DNA of 64,000 bases from Epithemia pelagica (taxonomy: Eukaryota; Protista; Bacillariophyta): contig OX337233.1 in the NCBI GenBank assembly GCA_946965045.2, positions 1,116,001 to 1,180,000 of the forward strand, in the 5' to 3' direction. Of the stretch, positions 24,643 to 33,692 are shown one piece after another. The notes beneath the pieces were generated by a model, which saw nothing but the letters and a program-made list of their open reading frames with translations, did not search any database and was not told where the DNA came from. Position numbers and translations under genes: made by a program. Each line of letters begins with the position of its first letter. Position 1 is the first letter of the stretch.

Positions 24643-27213
24643 ATGACAGCTCGTCGTACTCCAAGGGCAACCTCCAACCATGGCCGGATCCACCGACTGC
24701 AAATTCTTTTGGTACCGGCTTGGTTGGTTCTGATGGCAGCAACAGGGACACCAACAGCAGCAGCCGCCGCCGCCGCTGCCGCCACCGCAGAAGCAGCAGC
24801 AACCAGTCTCAAGACAAGTAAATCGACAACACGCCCTGTTTCCCACGATCAACCTCGTGTGTTGGTGCATTCAAGTTCGATCGTGTTCGATTCTGTAGCC
24901 TCTCTTATGCCTTCCTCCCACAAGTCACGTAGCAAGGCCGAGAAACAACAAGTCCACCGTCGTGCTTTGAAGAAGGACATGACGCTTCATCAGGACGGTT
25001 CTTCCGCTACAAGCGACAATGAACCACGCGTCCTCAACGAACCAGCAGCTGCTAGTGACACCAATCCAGAGATTTGGCAAAGCCGTTCCGTGGATCAGGA
25101 GTCCAGTACTCATTCATTTCATGCTTCGCCATCTTTGCGAGGGAGCAATCCACATCGTCAGTTGCCACAACGACGCCCTCCACGAACCCAATCCAATCTC
25201 TTTGGTGGTAGTTCGTCGTCGTCGTCCTCTTCCAATGTCTTTGCCACACAGGAACGATGGCATCACCGACGACGACGCTACTACAACAACCGTCGTCGTT
25301 GGTCGGTTCGAAATTGGGTCGCCAATTGGTTTGGACAACCCAATGGCCGCATCTTTGGTCCCTTGGTCGTGGCATCTGGTTCGGCCGCCACCCCGGCACC
25401 GACCCCCTCGACCACCACTCCAGCGCCCTCGACCAACCCGGGAACTACGACACCGGCACCCACTCCCGAACCGAATACGACCCCGGCACCCACACCCGCC
25501 GCCACCACACCCGCACCGACACCGGCGCCCGTGGCCGATACTACCACACCGGAACCAACACCGGCTCCCATCGCCACACCGGCACCGACTCCTGCCGCCG
25601 TGGAAACAACGCCCGAACCCACGCCCGAACCAAATACGACCCCGGCACCCACACCCGCCGCCACCACACCCGCACCGACACCGGCGCCCGTGGCCGATAC
25701 TACCACACCGGAACCAACACCGGCTCCCATCGCCACACCGGCACCGACTCCTGCCGCCGTGGAAACAACGCCCGAACCCACGCCGGAACCGACACTGGAA
25801 CCCACTCCAGCCTCGGTGGAGCCGCAAGGCTTTAATATTGTGACACGCAATGTGCGAGCTGGTGAGCAAGATGCCGTCATACAGTTTGATAGTCTGGTCG
25901 AAGCGGCGGCCCGACGATGGGAACAAGTCATTGTGGGAGACTTGTCAGACTATAATCCCGGGGACTTTCCGGGCATTACTGATTTGTTTGATGGAAGCTT
26001 TGAGGGAGTTGGCCCCGTCAATGAAGTTGTCGACGACATTTTGATTGGATACGAATTTACCACCGTCGATGGACCAAACCAAGTCTTGGGATTTGCGCGA
26101 CCGACCTTTGCTGTGTCACGAAACGGTTCACCAGCTCCCTTGCCCTTTGCGGGAGCCATGACGTTTGACATTGACGATTTTCAAAATAGCAATGATGAGG
26201 AGCAATTGCTGACGATCATCATTCACGAAATGGGACATGCGCTTGGCATTGGTTCCTTGTGGTCCAGTCGATGCGGAGAAGATTGCTCCGAACAAAACCA
26301 GGATTATGAGTGCACCTTCGCACAAGAACAATTTCAAGAAATCTTCGGTACTGACCAAACACTCCAAATGAGTCTAGACGAAACCGCTAGCGGAGACGTT
26401 GCCTGTGGACATTGGAAAGAAGACCAATTCGAAGATTTGTGGTGGGAAGATGTCATGACGCCAGGATACAGTCCGGGGAAAGAAATTATTCTCAGTACGA
26501 TAACCGTGGGCGCCATGGCAGACTTTGGATATACAGTCAATTATGCGGGAGCCGATCCCATACCACCCAATCCAAACTCATTCTCATTCGACGCCGGTCC
26601 GTCGTCTTATTTGTCGTCCAATACAAGTGACCACTTTCTTCAATCGGATCCGATTGATATCATCCATGAACCACCAACGAGTATACCAGACACAAACGAA
26701 GCAGACCAAGTATTCGACGATGGAACCAATGAAGAAGACGACTCTCCTGGTTCAGAGACGGAAGTCTCTCCGACTATTCCAGGAGAGCAAACTGACAATG
26801 AAGAGCTACCAAATTCATCCAAGAACGAAGGAACGTCCGAAATAAAGCACAACACTATAGCTACAGAAGAAAATCAGACTCCAGAACAGGAAAAGGAGGC
26901 ACCACTGGAACAGCCAAAAGAGGAACCACCAGAGGACACGCAGGCAGAATCAACCGGCGACGACCAAGACGACTCTGAACGATCGTGGTGGCAAAACTGG
27001 CAACTAGCATTCGTAGCAATCGCTGTTCTTGCCTTTGCATCCATGGGTTGGGTTGCCATTACGGGACACTTTTCACCTCATACAAGAGTTTCGAATCCGG
27101 CCCACGCAGCCGTGAAACAGAGTGGTCCACCACCATACCTCCGACAAGCCAGTGTCTCTCAGCCTCACCACGATACAATGACTATAGACTCTGAGGATTC
27201 TCGACAAGTCTAA
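24643..27213 (+). CDS. Leishmanolysin/GP63-like (M8) zinc metalloprotease, Pro/Thr-rich stalk, C-terminal membrane anchor
   Basis: IIHEMGHALGIG (HExxH), CGHW third ligand and DVMTP Met-turn; hydrophobic N-terminal segment; C-terminal TM WQLAFVAIAVLAFASMGWVAI. The ORF is open from 24574. Confidence 0.85.
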   Translation: MTARRTPRATSNHGRIHRLQILLVPAWLVLMAATGTPTAAAAAAAAATAEAAATSLKTSKSTTRPVSHDQPRVLVHSSSIVFDSVASLMPSSHKSRSKAEKQQVHRRALKKDMTLHQDGSSATSDNEPRVLNEPAAASDTNPEIWQSRSVDQESSTHSFHASPSLRGSNPHRQLPQRRPPRTQSNLFGGSSSSSSSSNVFATQERWHHRRRRYYNNRRRWSVRNWVANWFGQPNGRIFGPLVVASGSAATPAPTPSTTTPAPSTNPGTTTPAPTPEPNTTPAPTPAATTPAPTPAPVADTTTPEPTPAPIATPAPTPAAVETTPEPTPEPNTTPAPTPAATTPAPTPAPVADTTTPEPTPAPIATPAPTPAAVETTPEPTPEPTLEPTPASVEPQGFNIVTRNVRAGEQDAVIQFDSLVEAAARRWEQVIVGDLSDYNPGDFPGITDLFDGSFEGVGPVNEVVDDILIGYEFTTVDGPNQVLGFARPTFAVSRNGSPAPLPFAGAMTFDIDDFQNSNDEEQLLTIIIHEMGHALGIGSLWSSRCGEDCSEQNQDYECTFAQEQFQEIFGTDQTLQMSLDETASGDVACGHWKEDQFEDLWWEDVMTPGYSPGKEIILSTITVGAMADFGYTVNYAGADPIPPNPNSFSFDAGPSSYLSSNTSDHFLQSDPIDIIHEPPTSIPDTNEADQVFDDGTNEEDDSPGSETEVSPTIPGEQTDNEELPNSSKNEGTSEIKHNTIATEENQTPEQEKEAPLEQPKEEPPEDTQAESTGDDQDDSERSWWQNWQLAFVAIAVLAFASMGWVAITGHFSPHTRVSNPAHAAVKQSGPPPYLRQASVSQPHHDTMTIDSEDSRQV
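25471..25788 (+). repeat. 159-bp coding tandem duplication (53-aa PT-rich unit x2)
   Basis: PNTTPAPTPAATTPAPTPAPVADTTTPEPTPAPIATPAPTPAAVETTPEPTPE repeated at 25471 and 25630 with near-identical DNA. Confidence 0.9.
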
Positions 27214-27564
27214 GAATCGATGCCATTGTGACACATCGGGTACCTAACATTCGCTATCTAGCTCTAGCGTGGTGCTGGATCTGTGCATCTACGAATAAGG
27301 TACCTCGCGTCGGTAACTGCGGTTCGGACGGTTGACTGAAAAGTCATTTCTCTATCCCTGCTCCACAAAATCCGACCATGAAGAAAACTTCAGTTTCGGA
27401 CATCTTTCGCAAAAAGCAAATATGGCTTCGCTTCAATGCAGGAGGATGGTTGTGTCTCGTTAGTTTCTTCCACCCTTGTGTTGTTCACATAGGGTATATA
27501 TTTCATCTTCACCTGTCTGAGACATGTTGTGGTTAAATTTCATTACTATATCGATAACACTTTG

Positions 27565-28812
27565 CTTCTTTTACTTATATACACTTTCGATGAGCTATCC
27601 TTGATTTCTTTTTACTGTTATGGAGCATGTGGCATTCTCCTCCTTGGCTTTTTTCCGGTGGCTTATTAAAATCCAGCCGCATTGGCTTGTACCCATTGTG
27701 ACATGGTCATGGGCTGTTCACCACCCGTAATCTTGCTAAAGTCACTTGTATCTTTCGTCTCATTGGTCACAGCACTACCATTATCAATCATTTGAAACAA
27801 CTCCAATATACCATCCACCTGCCATTCCGGAAAACCCATTCCCATAAAGGCTTCCTTGGCTGCCGAATAAGGAACTGTCGTCACTGTCACGTCCTTCTTC
27901 AATGAAGTAGTAAACGCCTTTGCCAAATCTTGCAGTGTAAAACCAGGCATGACCAGCTTGTATGTTTTGTTATCATGTTTGGTAGGATTGGCCAATATGT
28001 CAGCCGATGCCTTGCCAACATCATTGACGGCAATGGGTGTAAACACTTGATTGGAATTGCGTGGATCGTAAAACGTACCACTTTCCTTGATGGACTGGGC
28101 ACCCGCATGAAAATTGTCCATAAACAAGGGAAGACGAAGAATGCCATAGCTTTTCAATCCACTTGTTTTCATAGCATCTTCAATCGGAGCCATTTGGTTC
28201 CCAAAAATAGAGTTGGTATCGGCTGTCAACACCGAAACCACCAACGTGTACTTGACCCCAGCAGCCTTGGCAGCATGAATGCCATTGATTGTTAGTTTGG
28301 TACGATTTTCGTGTCCCGGTGTGACCAAGTACACACAATCAAAGTCACGTAGAGTCGACACGAGACTGGTCTGGTCCGCACCCATATCGGCCTTGATCAC
28401 TTGGACACCGGACATGGATTCAAACTTGGAAGGATCGCGAACTCCCGCAGACACTTGTACCTTGTCACCATGACGCGATACCAAGTTGGTCAATGTGGCC
28501 TTGCCCACATAGCCACTCGCACCCAGAACCAAAACTTTGGGTTTGGCAGCAGTGAAAGAGGCGGAAGCAGTGGATGGAAGACAGTTACCCATGATGAAAG
28601 ATTTTGAAGCAGATGATGATTTGGTTTGTAGTTGAGTTGTTGTTGTTCTTTGTAAGGATTTGATTTTTGTGAGAGCATCTTGTATGTTGCTTGTTTGTCT
28701 CTGTTTGGTTTCTTGGGAACATGATCGTCCCCTCTCTGCTGAAAACTGAAAAGGTCTTTTGGCTTGCTTCGTTTGGATGTTCTTCCGAATTCCGAATGCA
28801 AGCCGGATCGGA
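27565..28812 (-). repeat. Inverted segmental duplicate of about 22418-23660
   Basis: Near-identical 5' flank (TTTCCGATCCGGCTTGCATTCGGAA...) and CDS; about 100 bp of more diverged 3' flank. Confidence 0.85.
27666..28592 (-). CDS. NmrA-like NAD(P)-binding atypical SDR, copy 2 (inverted duplicate)
   Basis: Differs from copy 1 at about a dozen residues; the last Gln codon CAA is TAA, so it is one residue shorter. Confidence 0.9.
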   Translation of the reverse strand: MGNCLPSTASASFTAAKPKVLVLGASGYVGKATLTNLVSRHGDKVQVSAGVRDPSKFESMSGVQVIKADMGADQTSLVSTLRDFDCVYLVTPGHENRTKLTINGIHAAKAAGVKYTLVVSVLTADTNSIFGNQMAPIEDAMKTSGLKSYGILRLPLFMDNFHAGAQSIKESGTFYDPRNSNQVFTPIAVNDVGKASADILANPTKHDNKTYKLVMPGFTLQDLAKAFTTSLKKDVTVTTVPYSAAKEAFMGMGFPEWQVDGILELFQMIDNGSAVTNETKDTSDFSKITGGEQPMTMSQWVQANAAGF

Positions 28813-29229
28813 AATGGCTTCCGAGGATTCGTGGTCGCGTTTTGGACGCACGGAAAACTACTTAATCGTGATTGAAGGAATGCGGGACTTAACTACCTGT
28901 CTCGAGGATCAAAGGTTCTTGTCCCATCTTAGTTCGTCTCGTTGGATCATGATCAGTCGTCTCGAAAACTCATCTTCTGAATTCATCACACTGTTTTTAA
29001 AGAATCAATGTTTTTTTGGTCGTGGCACATGCGATAGTGGCTTGCGACTGCGAATGTTAAATCATAGGTGAACGCCCGACGAAGTAGTATGGGAGATCTA
29101 GGTAGACCATGAAATGGCAATGTTGGTCTCAGTCACGTCTTGGAAGTGCTTCTACCTGACGGAAGCATTCGAAGAGCTATCCTCGTTGTTCTCGTTCTCT
29201 TGCGTTTGAACCTCATTCGTGTCGTATCG

Positions 29230-30063
29230 TTACAATATTCCAGCCTTGCGCAAGGCTCCGGTATACAAGACATTGGTTTCATCCCACGATTGCGGCTCGT
29301 CGTCCTGTCCCACCAAATCTATTTCTTGAGTTGCAGCATTCCAGGTACCAACTCCCACGACATTGCACAACAAGACAACATGATCGTGAGCTTCCAAGGA
29401 ATACTCGGATGGATTGTTGGAACACAATTGCAAATGCAAGTACGTGGCACATTCCGGCAAGAGATGAAAGTCGGTATACGGGAGGACCCACAAATCATCG
29501 CCATGGCCTTGGTCGCCATGACTACTTTCCGATGCGTGGTGACCGGCCTTCCAAAAGGAGGTACCAAAGGAGGAGGATTCGGGCGCCGTCGTCGTCGTCG
29601 ATAGGGGTGACGGACAGGAAATCCAGGGCATGCCAGCTTGTTCACACTGAGAAGATTTGGAATAGGTGGTGTCGTATCCGGAATGTTTGCCCAAAATTGG
29701 AACCAGTGGTGCATGTTGTGGGCGCAACAATTGCAAGACGCCTTGTTGACAATGTTGAAAATAATCCTTGGTGCGAGTGCCATGATACAAGGATACCATA
29801 AACCGCTTGTAAGGAGAGGCAGACACGGACACTGGAGTGGCAAAGGTCATTATATTCATGGCTGTGGACAAGCCCTCTTCCAATGGTTCGGCGGGTGTGG
29901 CCAAGGACCATACAGCGGCGGACAAGGAGGGTGGAGGGGGAATCAATGGAGACTTGGGGGGTTGCCCTCCTCCAGTGTGCTGCTGGGGATTGCTAATCAT
30001 CATGAGAGAGTTTCCTGACAAAGGACAGGCTCCAAACACCGTGGCAACCAACCAAACCCTCAT
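29230..30063 (-). CDS. Flavin-reductase-like (FMN-binding split barrel) protein
   Basis: Pattern VWSLAT...MNIMTFATPVS...FMVSLYHGTRTKDYF...LQLL...LVPILGKHSG...HDHVVLLCNV...LYTGALR. Confidence 0.65.
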   Translation of the reverse strand: MRVWLVATVFGACPLSGNSLMMISNPQQHTGGGQPPKSPLIPPPPSLSAAVWSLATPAEPLEEGLSTAMNIMTFATPVSVSASPYKRFMVSLYHGTRTKDYFQHCQQGVLQLLRPQHAPLVPILGKHSGYDTTYSKSSQCEQAGMPWISCPSPLSTTTTAPESSSFGTSFWKAGHHASESSHGDQGHGDDLWVLPYTDFHLLPECATYLHLQLCSNNPSEYSLEAHDHVVLLCNVVGVGTWNAATQEIDLVGQDDEPQSWDETNVLYTGALRKAGIL

Positions 30064-30296
30064 TTCCGTTGTTCTTTTATCTATTTCTTGCGTCTTTTGT
30101 ACTGGTTTTCGGTTGTCGCAATGGTCTCGGCACCGGCATGAAAGAAAAGAAAAATGGATTTCGGCATGTAGGGATCGGATCGTATCCAGTCCCTTTTATG
30201 ACGTCATTCTCGGGGGCAACCCTCCAATCGTCCCCTTTTTTAAAAGAAGTGAAACGTCCAAACGAGGGGACGGCGGAGCGTCGGCGGAAGTGGAAA

Positions 30297-31355
30297 ATGA
30301 CGACAACGACCTCCACCAAGACGGGTATCTTCCATTCCGCTTCTTCGTCTTCTCCTCGTCGTCGTTCTACCACTCCTTTTCATCCTTCGCGCCATTCGTC
30401 TCTTGCTACCAACGAGAATCGAAATTCCACGAGAACGGAACCTCTGTATCCATCATCAGCCAAAACAACGACATCTACGTTCCAAATGATCTTGTCTCCG
30501 GCACAACGCAATCTCATTGAACGGTTGGAAACCAATCCAGACACGGGTTTGTCTACAGACCAAGTCACGGCTCGAAGGGAAGAAACGGGAACGTTTAATG
30601 TGGTGAAACCACCTATTGATTGCCCTCCCACCGTCTGTTGTTTGTTGCCCTGCATCAAACATATTCCTAGTATGAAAGCCTTTCGGGCCTTGCAGCCCGA
30701 CGAAGCCGAAGTGATGCGGAATGGGGCATGGATTCGATACGATGTCACGAGTTTGGTGGTGGGAGATATCATTCGATTGGAAGAAGGGGACATGGTACCG
30801 GCGGATTGTGTCGTGTTGGATTTGACGACACCCCTGCAGTCCAACCAGGAATTGTTGGTGGATGTACGAGGGATTACGGCCGAAGAAAAACCACGGAGTG
30901 CCAAACGAATTCCACGACAAGCAAACAAATCTGAGCAAGAACAAACAAACGAAGCAACCTATGCGGTACAGCCAGTACAATTGTATTGGGGCGGAACCGT
31001 CGTACAAGGTGGATGCATTGCTGTGGTAAGTTATTTTGTGATGATGACTATCTTGATGAGATGACGATAGAGTTGATTGCATCGTTTCGTTCTTTTCTCG
31101 AGTACACAGTGGCGAGATGACTCAAATGGCGTCTTGATTTCTCCTTTTGTTCATTGCCAGGTTACGGCCATTGGATGCAATTGCTACATTTCCACATTGA
31201 TTGCCAGTGGAAAATTCCCTCCCCCTCCCAATGTCATGCACGAATTGGCCGACACGGAACCCAATGACAATGACGACAACGACGAGGATGCTGCCGGTGT
31301 GTCCTTGGTACAAGCCCAACGACGAGAGGAACCCATGCTACGAGAACCCGTGTAA
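30297..31355 (+). CDS. Stand-alone P-type ATPase N-terminal + actuator domain protein, two exons (30297-31025, 31161-31355)
   Basis: LETNPDTGLSTDQVTARR, AEVMRNG, LVVGDIIRLEEGDMVPADCVV, VDVRGITAEE and YWGGTVVQGGCIAVV|VTAIG; 135-nt GTAAGT...CCAG intron. No TM helices and no DKTGT. Confidence 0.75.
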
Positions 31356-32442
31356 AACGAAGAGGAGGTTGGAACTCCTGTAGCTGTTTAGAGTTGGCTG
31401 TGGTGGTGTGATGATGGAGCGCCGTGGTCGCAACGGGTTTTACACAGTACGCAGACTGAGGCAAAATCCATTCAAGACGCAACGCACACACCTCTCTTTA
31501 TAGATTTCGATTTTGTCTCATTCCTATCATGTCATGTTTGACCGCGGTGCACGTTCGTTCCCAACTGGTGCGTGGACGCGATGCAGATTGTGACGAGGGA
31601 TTCTCCGCAATTCCGTCTCCGCTGTCTGTATGCCAGGATTGTTGAGACGATAAACCCCAGTCTCCAGCGTACGAGCAAGCGATTGTCAGACGCTTTGTTT
31701 GTGCGCAACAAGTCTTGACTACCTTGGTGTTGTTTGTCTGTTCCTCCACGTTCGTGGTGATGACCAAAACGTTCGAATCACCTCCCCCACTGCAGCATCT
31801 TTACGATGAGCCATTGATATCACGATCACACTCAAGAAGTTGTGTGCTATGTGGGATGCGGGAGAGGCTATTGAGAGAAAGGCGGAGTTCGTTCTCGTCT
31901 TTTCACTTTCTTGATATACTGGAGGCTGAGAGCTGAGAGCCACAAACGGAATCTACATTCTACATTGTTATTTTTTTCGTAGAGCTACTCCTATGTTGTC
32001 GTCATTCGTCATTCATGATCTACTACACTGCTATCACACGAAACACGAAACGGACACGCCACCACAACTGCGATGGTCCCTTCTGTTCTCTTTGCGGGAA
32101 ACTGCAAACTGCTGAGATCCTCAGTCATCAGGCACATGCAATAGGCATATCCTGTATCCTGACAAAGAAGAAAAAAGAAAAACTCAAAACTCACTGGGCA
32201 AGACTGCGCCGACATAAGACATAGACATCATACATTATCCATCATCATTCATCATACTCATTCATCATACTCATTGAGACTACGAACGGGCGACATAATA
32301 TTATGGCAATTATGACGTCCGGATTATGTGGGAGATAAGAGATAATAATATTATGAATCTTATAGTATGTCTGCTCCTTACAATGAGGAGTGGAGAAATC
32401 GCAATAAGCCCAATAAACTCCCTGATCCTAGCTTAGAGCTTA

Positions 32443-33132
32443 GGGGGTATATTATCGGGCGCGCGGAGCATGTGCGGAGCATGATATGGGCGGAGAAAGG
32501 CCAAACCAACCCGGATATAGAGCTTTCCTCCGCAAAATTTACATGCGGAGGAAGAGTGCGGGTGGAGCATGGTTGGAAGCAAAATCACGCGCCCACACAC
32601 CACACACTCAATGCGTCGAACAGTCGAAGTCTTCCGATGATGGATTTGTCATGGACAAAAGCGATGACAGAGTCTATCTAGGCACTAGTATTGTAGACAA
32701 GTACATATAGTCGGCCAACTGTTGCTGCCTTGCTCTTTAGGAGTCTTTTCCATCCTCATGGTGGAGGTTGTGTTTCCATAGAGCATGGAAATTGACGTGT
32801 CTTTCCCACATGAGCTCGTAGGGCCAACAGAACAACAGGTGAAATATCCAATGGATACTCTAAATGATAAGTAGTCTATAAAGGGAATGATTATTGTGTC
32901 CGGAAACCACCCCTTTGCTTGCCATCGTCTTCCCAAAGTTGCTCTTCTCCTTCCTTTTCGATTCCATACTTAAGGCGACCCATACGCGTTTCCGTGACGG
33001 ATGCTCCGCATCTCTGCATTCTGCATCCGCCCACCGATAATATAGACGCGCGGAGCATGCATCGTGGAGCATGCATTGCTCCCCCCATATCCATGCTCCG
33101 CCCATGCTCCGCGTGCCCGATAACATACCCCC
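32443..33132. mobile_element. PIF/Harbinger-type (Tourist-like) MITE, 690 bp, TTA target duplication
   Basis: About 50-bp imperfect TIR GGGGGTAT(A/G)TTATCGGGC(G/A)CGCGGAGCATG...; TTA at 32440-42 and 33133-35; no transposase. Confidence 0.85.
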
Positions 33133-33399
33133 TTAGAGTATTCCTTCTCCTACCAACTACTCCTATCAACACCAGATACCAGATGGTACCTCTTGTAGCA
33201 CACAACAAGTGCGTCGGTTCGGATTCTGATTCTCGATAGCTCGGTACTCGGTAGACGTAGTATGTAAGAAGTATACGTAGACCCGGTCTTGGAGTCTCTA
33301 CGTCGCTTGCAGGATCAATCTTGCCGCTCAGTTCTCACTTCTCACTGGTGTGGGGTGTGGGCTGACAACTGGCAATTCCAACCAGCGGGGGGATGCCTG

Positions 33400-33512
33400 C
33401 AAATTACGCGTGTGATACCAAGTGAAAAACTAAAATAGTGAGCATTAAGCTACGCGTCCCTCATGGGTTAGCTACTCGCCCAAAATTCGCTTAATATCAG
33501 TCGCCTTTCTTG
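33400..33512 (-). repeat. 3' LTR of copia A
   Basis: Preceded on the minus strand by purine tract GAGGGGAC (33513-33520). Confidence 0.92.
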
Positions 33513-33692
33513 GTCCCCTCACAATTGCTATGTCGGACCATCACGATATAGTCACATTTTGCCAACTTCAGAATATCACATCAACATATATCTTCTTCCA
33601 TCTCCTCCACACCTGCTTTTGAGCGCCCCTGTATGGCGTGCAGGACGTACCCAGTCCCCTTGGTCGGGCGGGAAACGTACTCCGGGGTTGCA

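Noticed and set aside
25019-25931. Several 190-270 aa overlapping ORFs
   Set aside because: Shadows of the stop-poor Pro/Thr repeat in the protease gene.
33413-33500. Internal TGATA...TATCA and TGGTATCA within the copia A repeat as canonical LTR ends or iMet PBS
   Set aside because: Identity between the two copies extends 13 bp beyond on both sides, and the target duplication and shared PBS sit at the outer boundaries.
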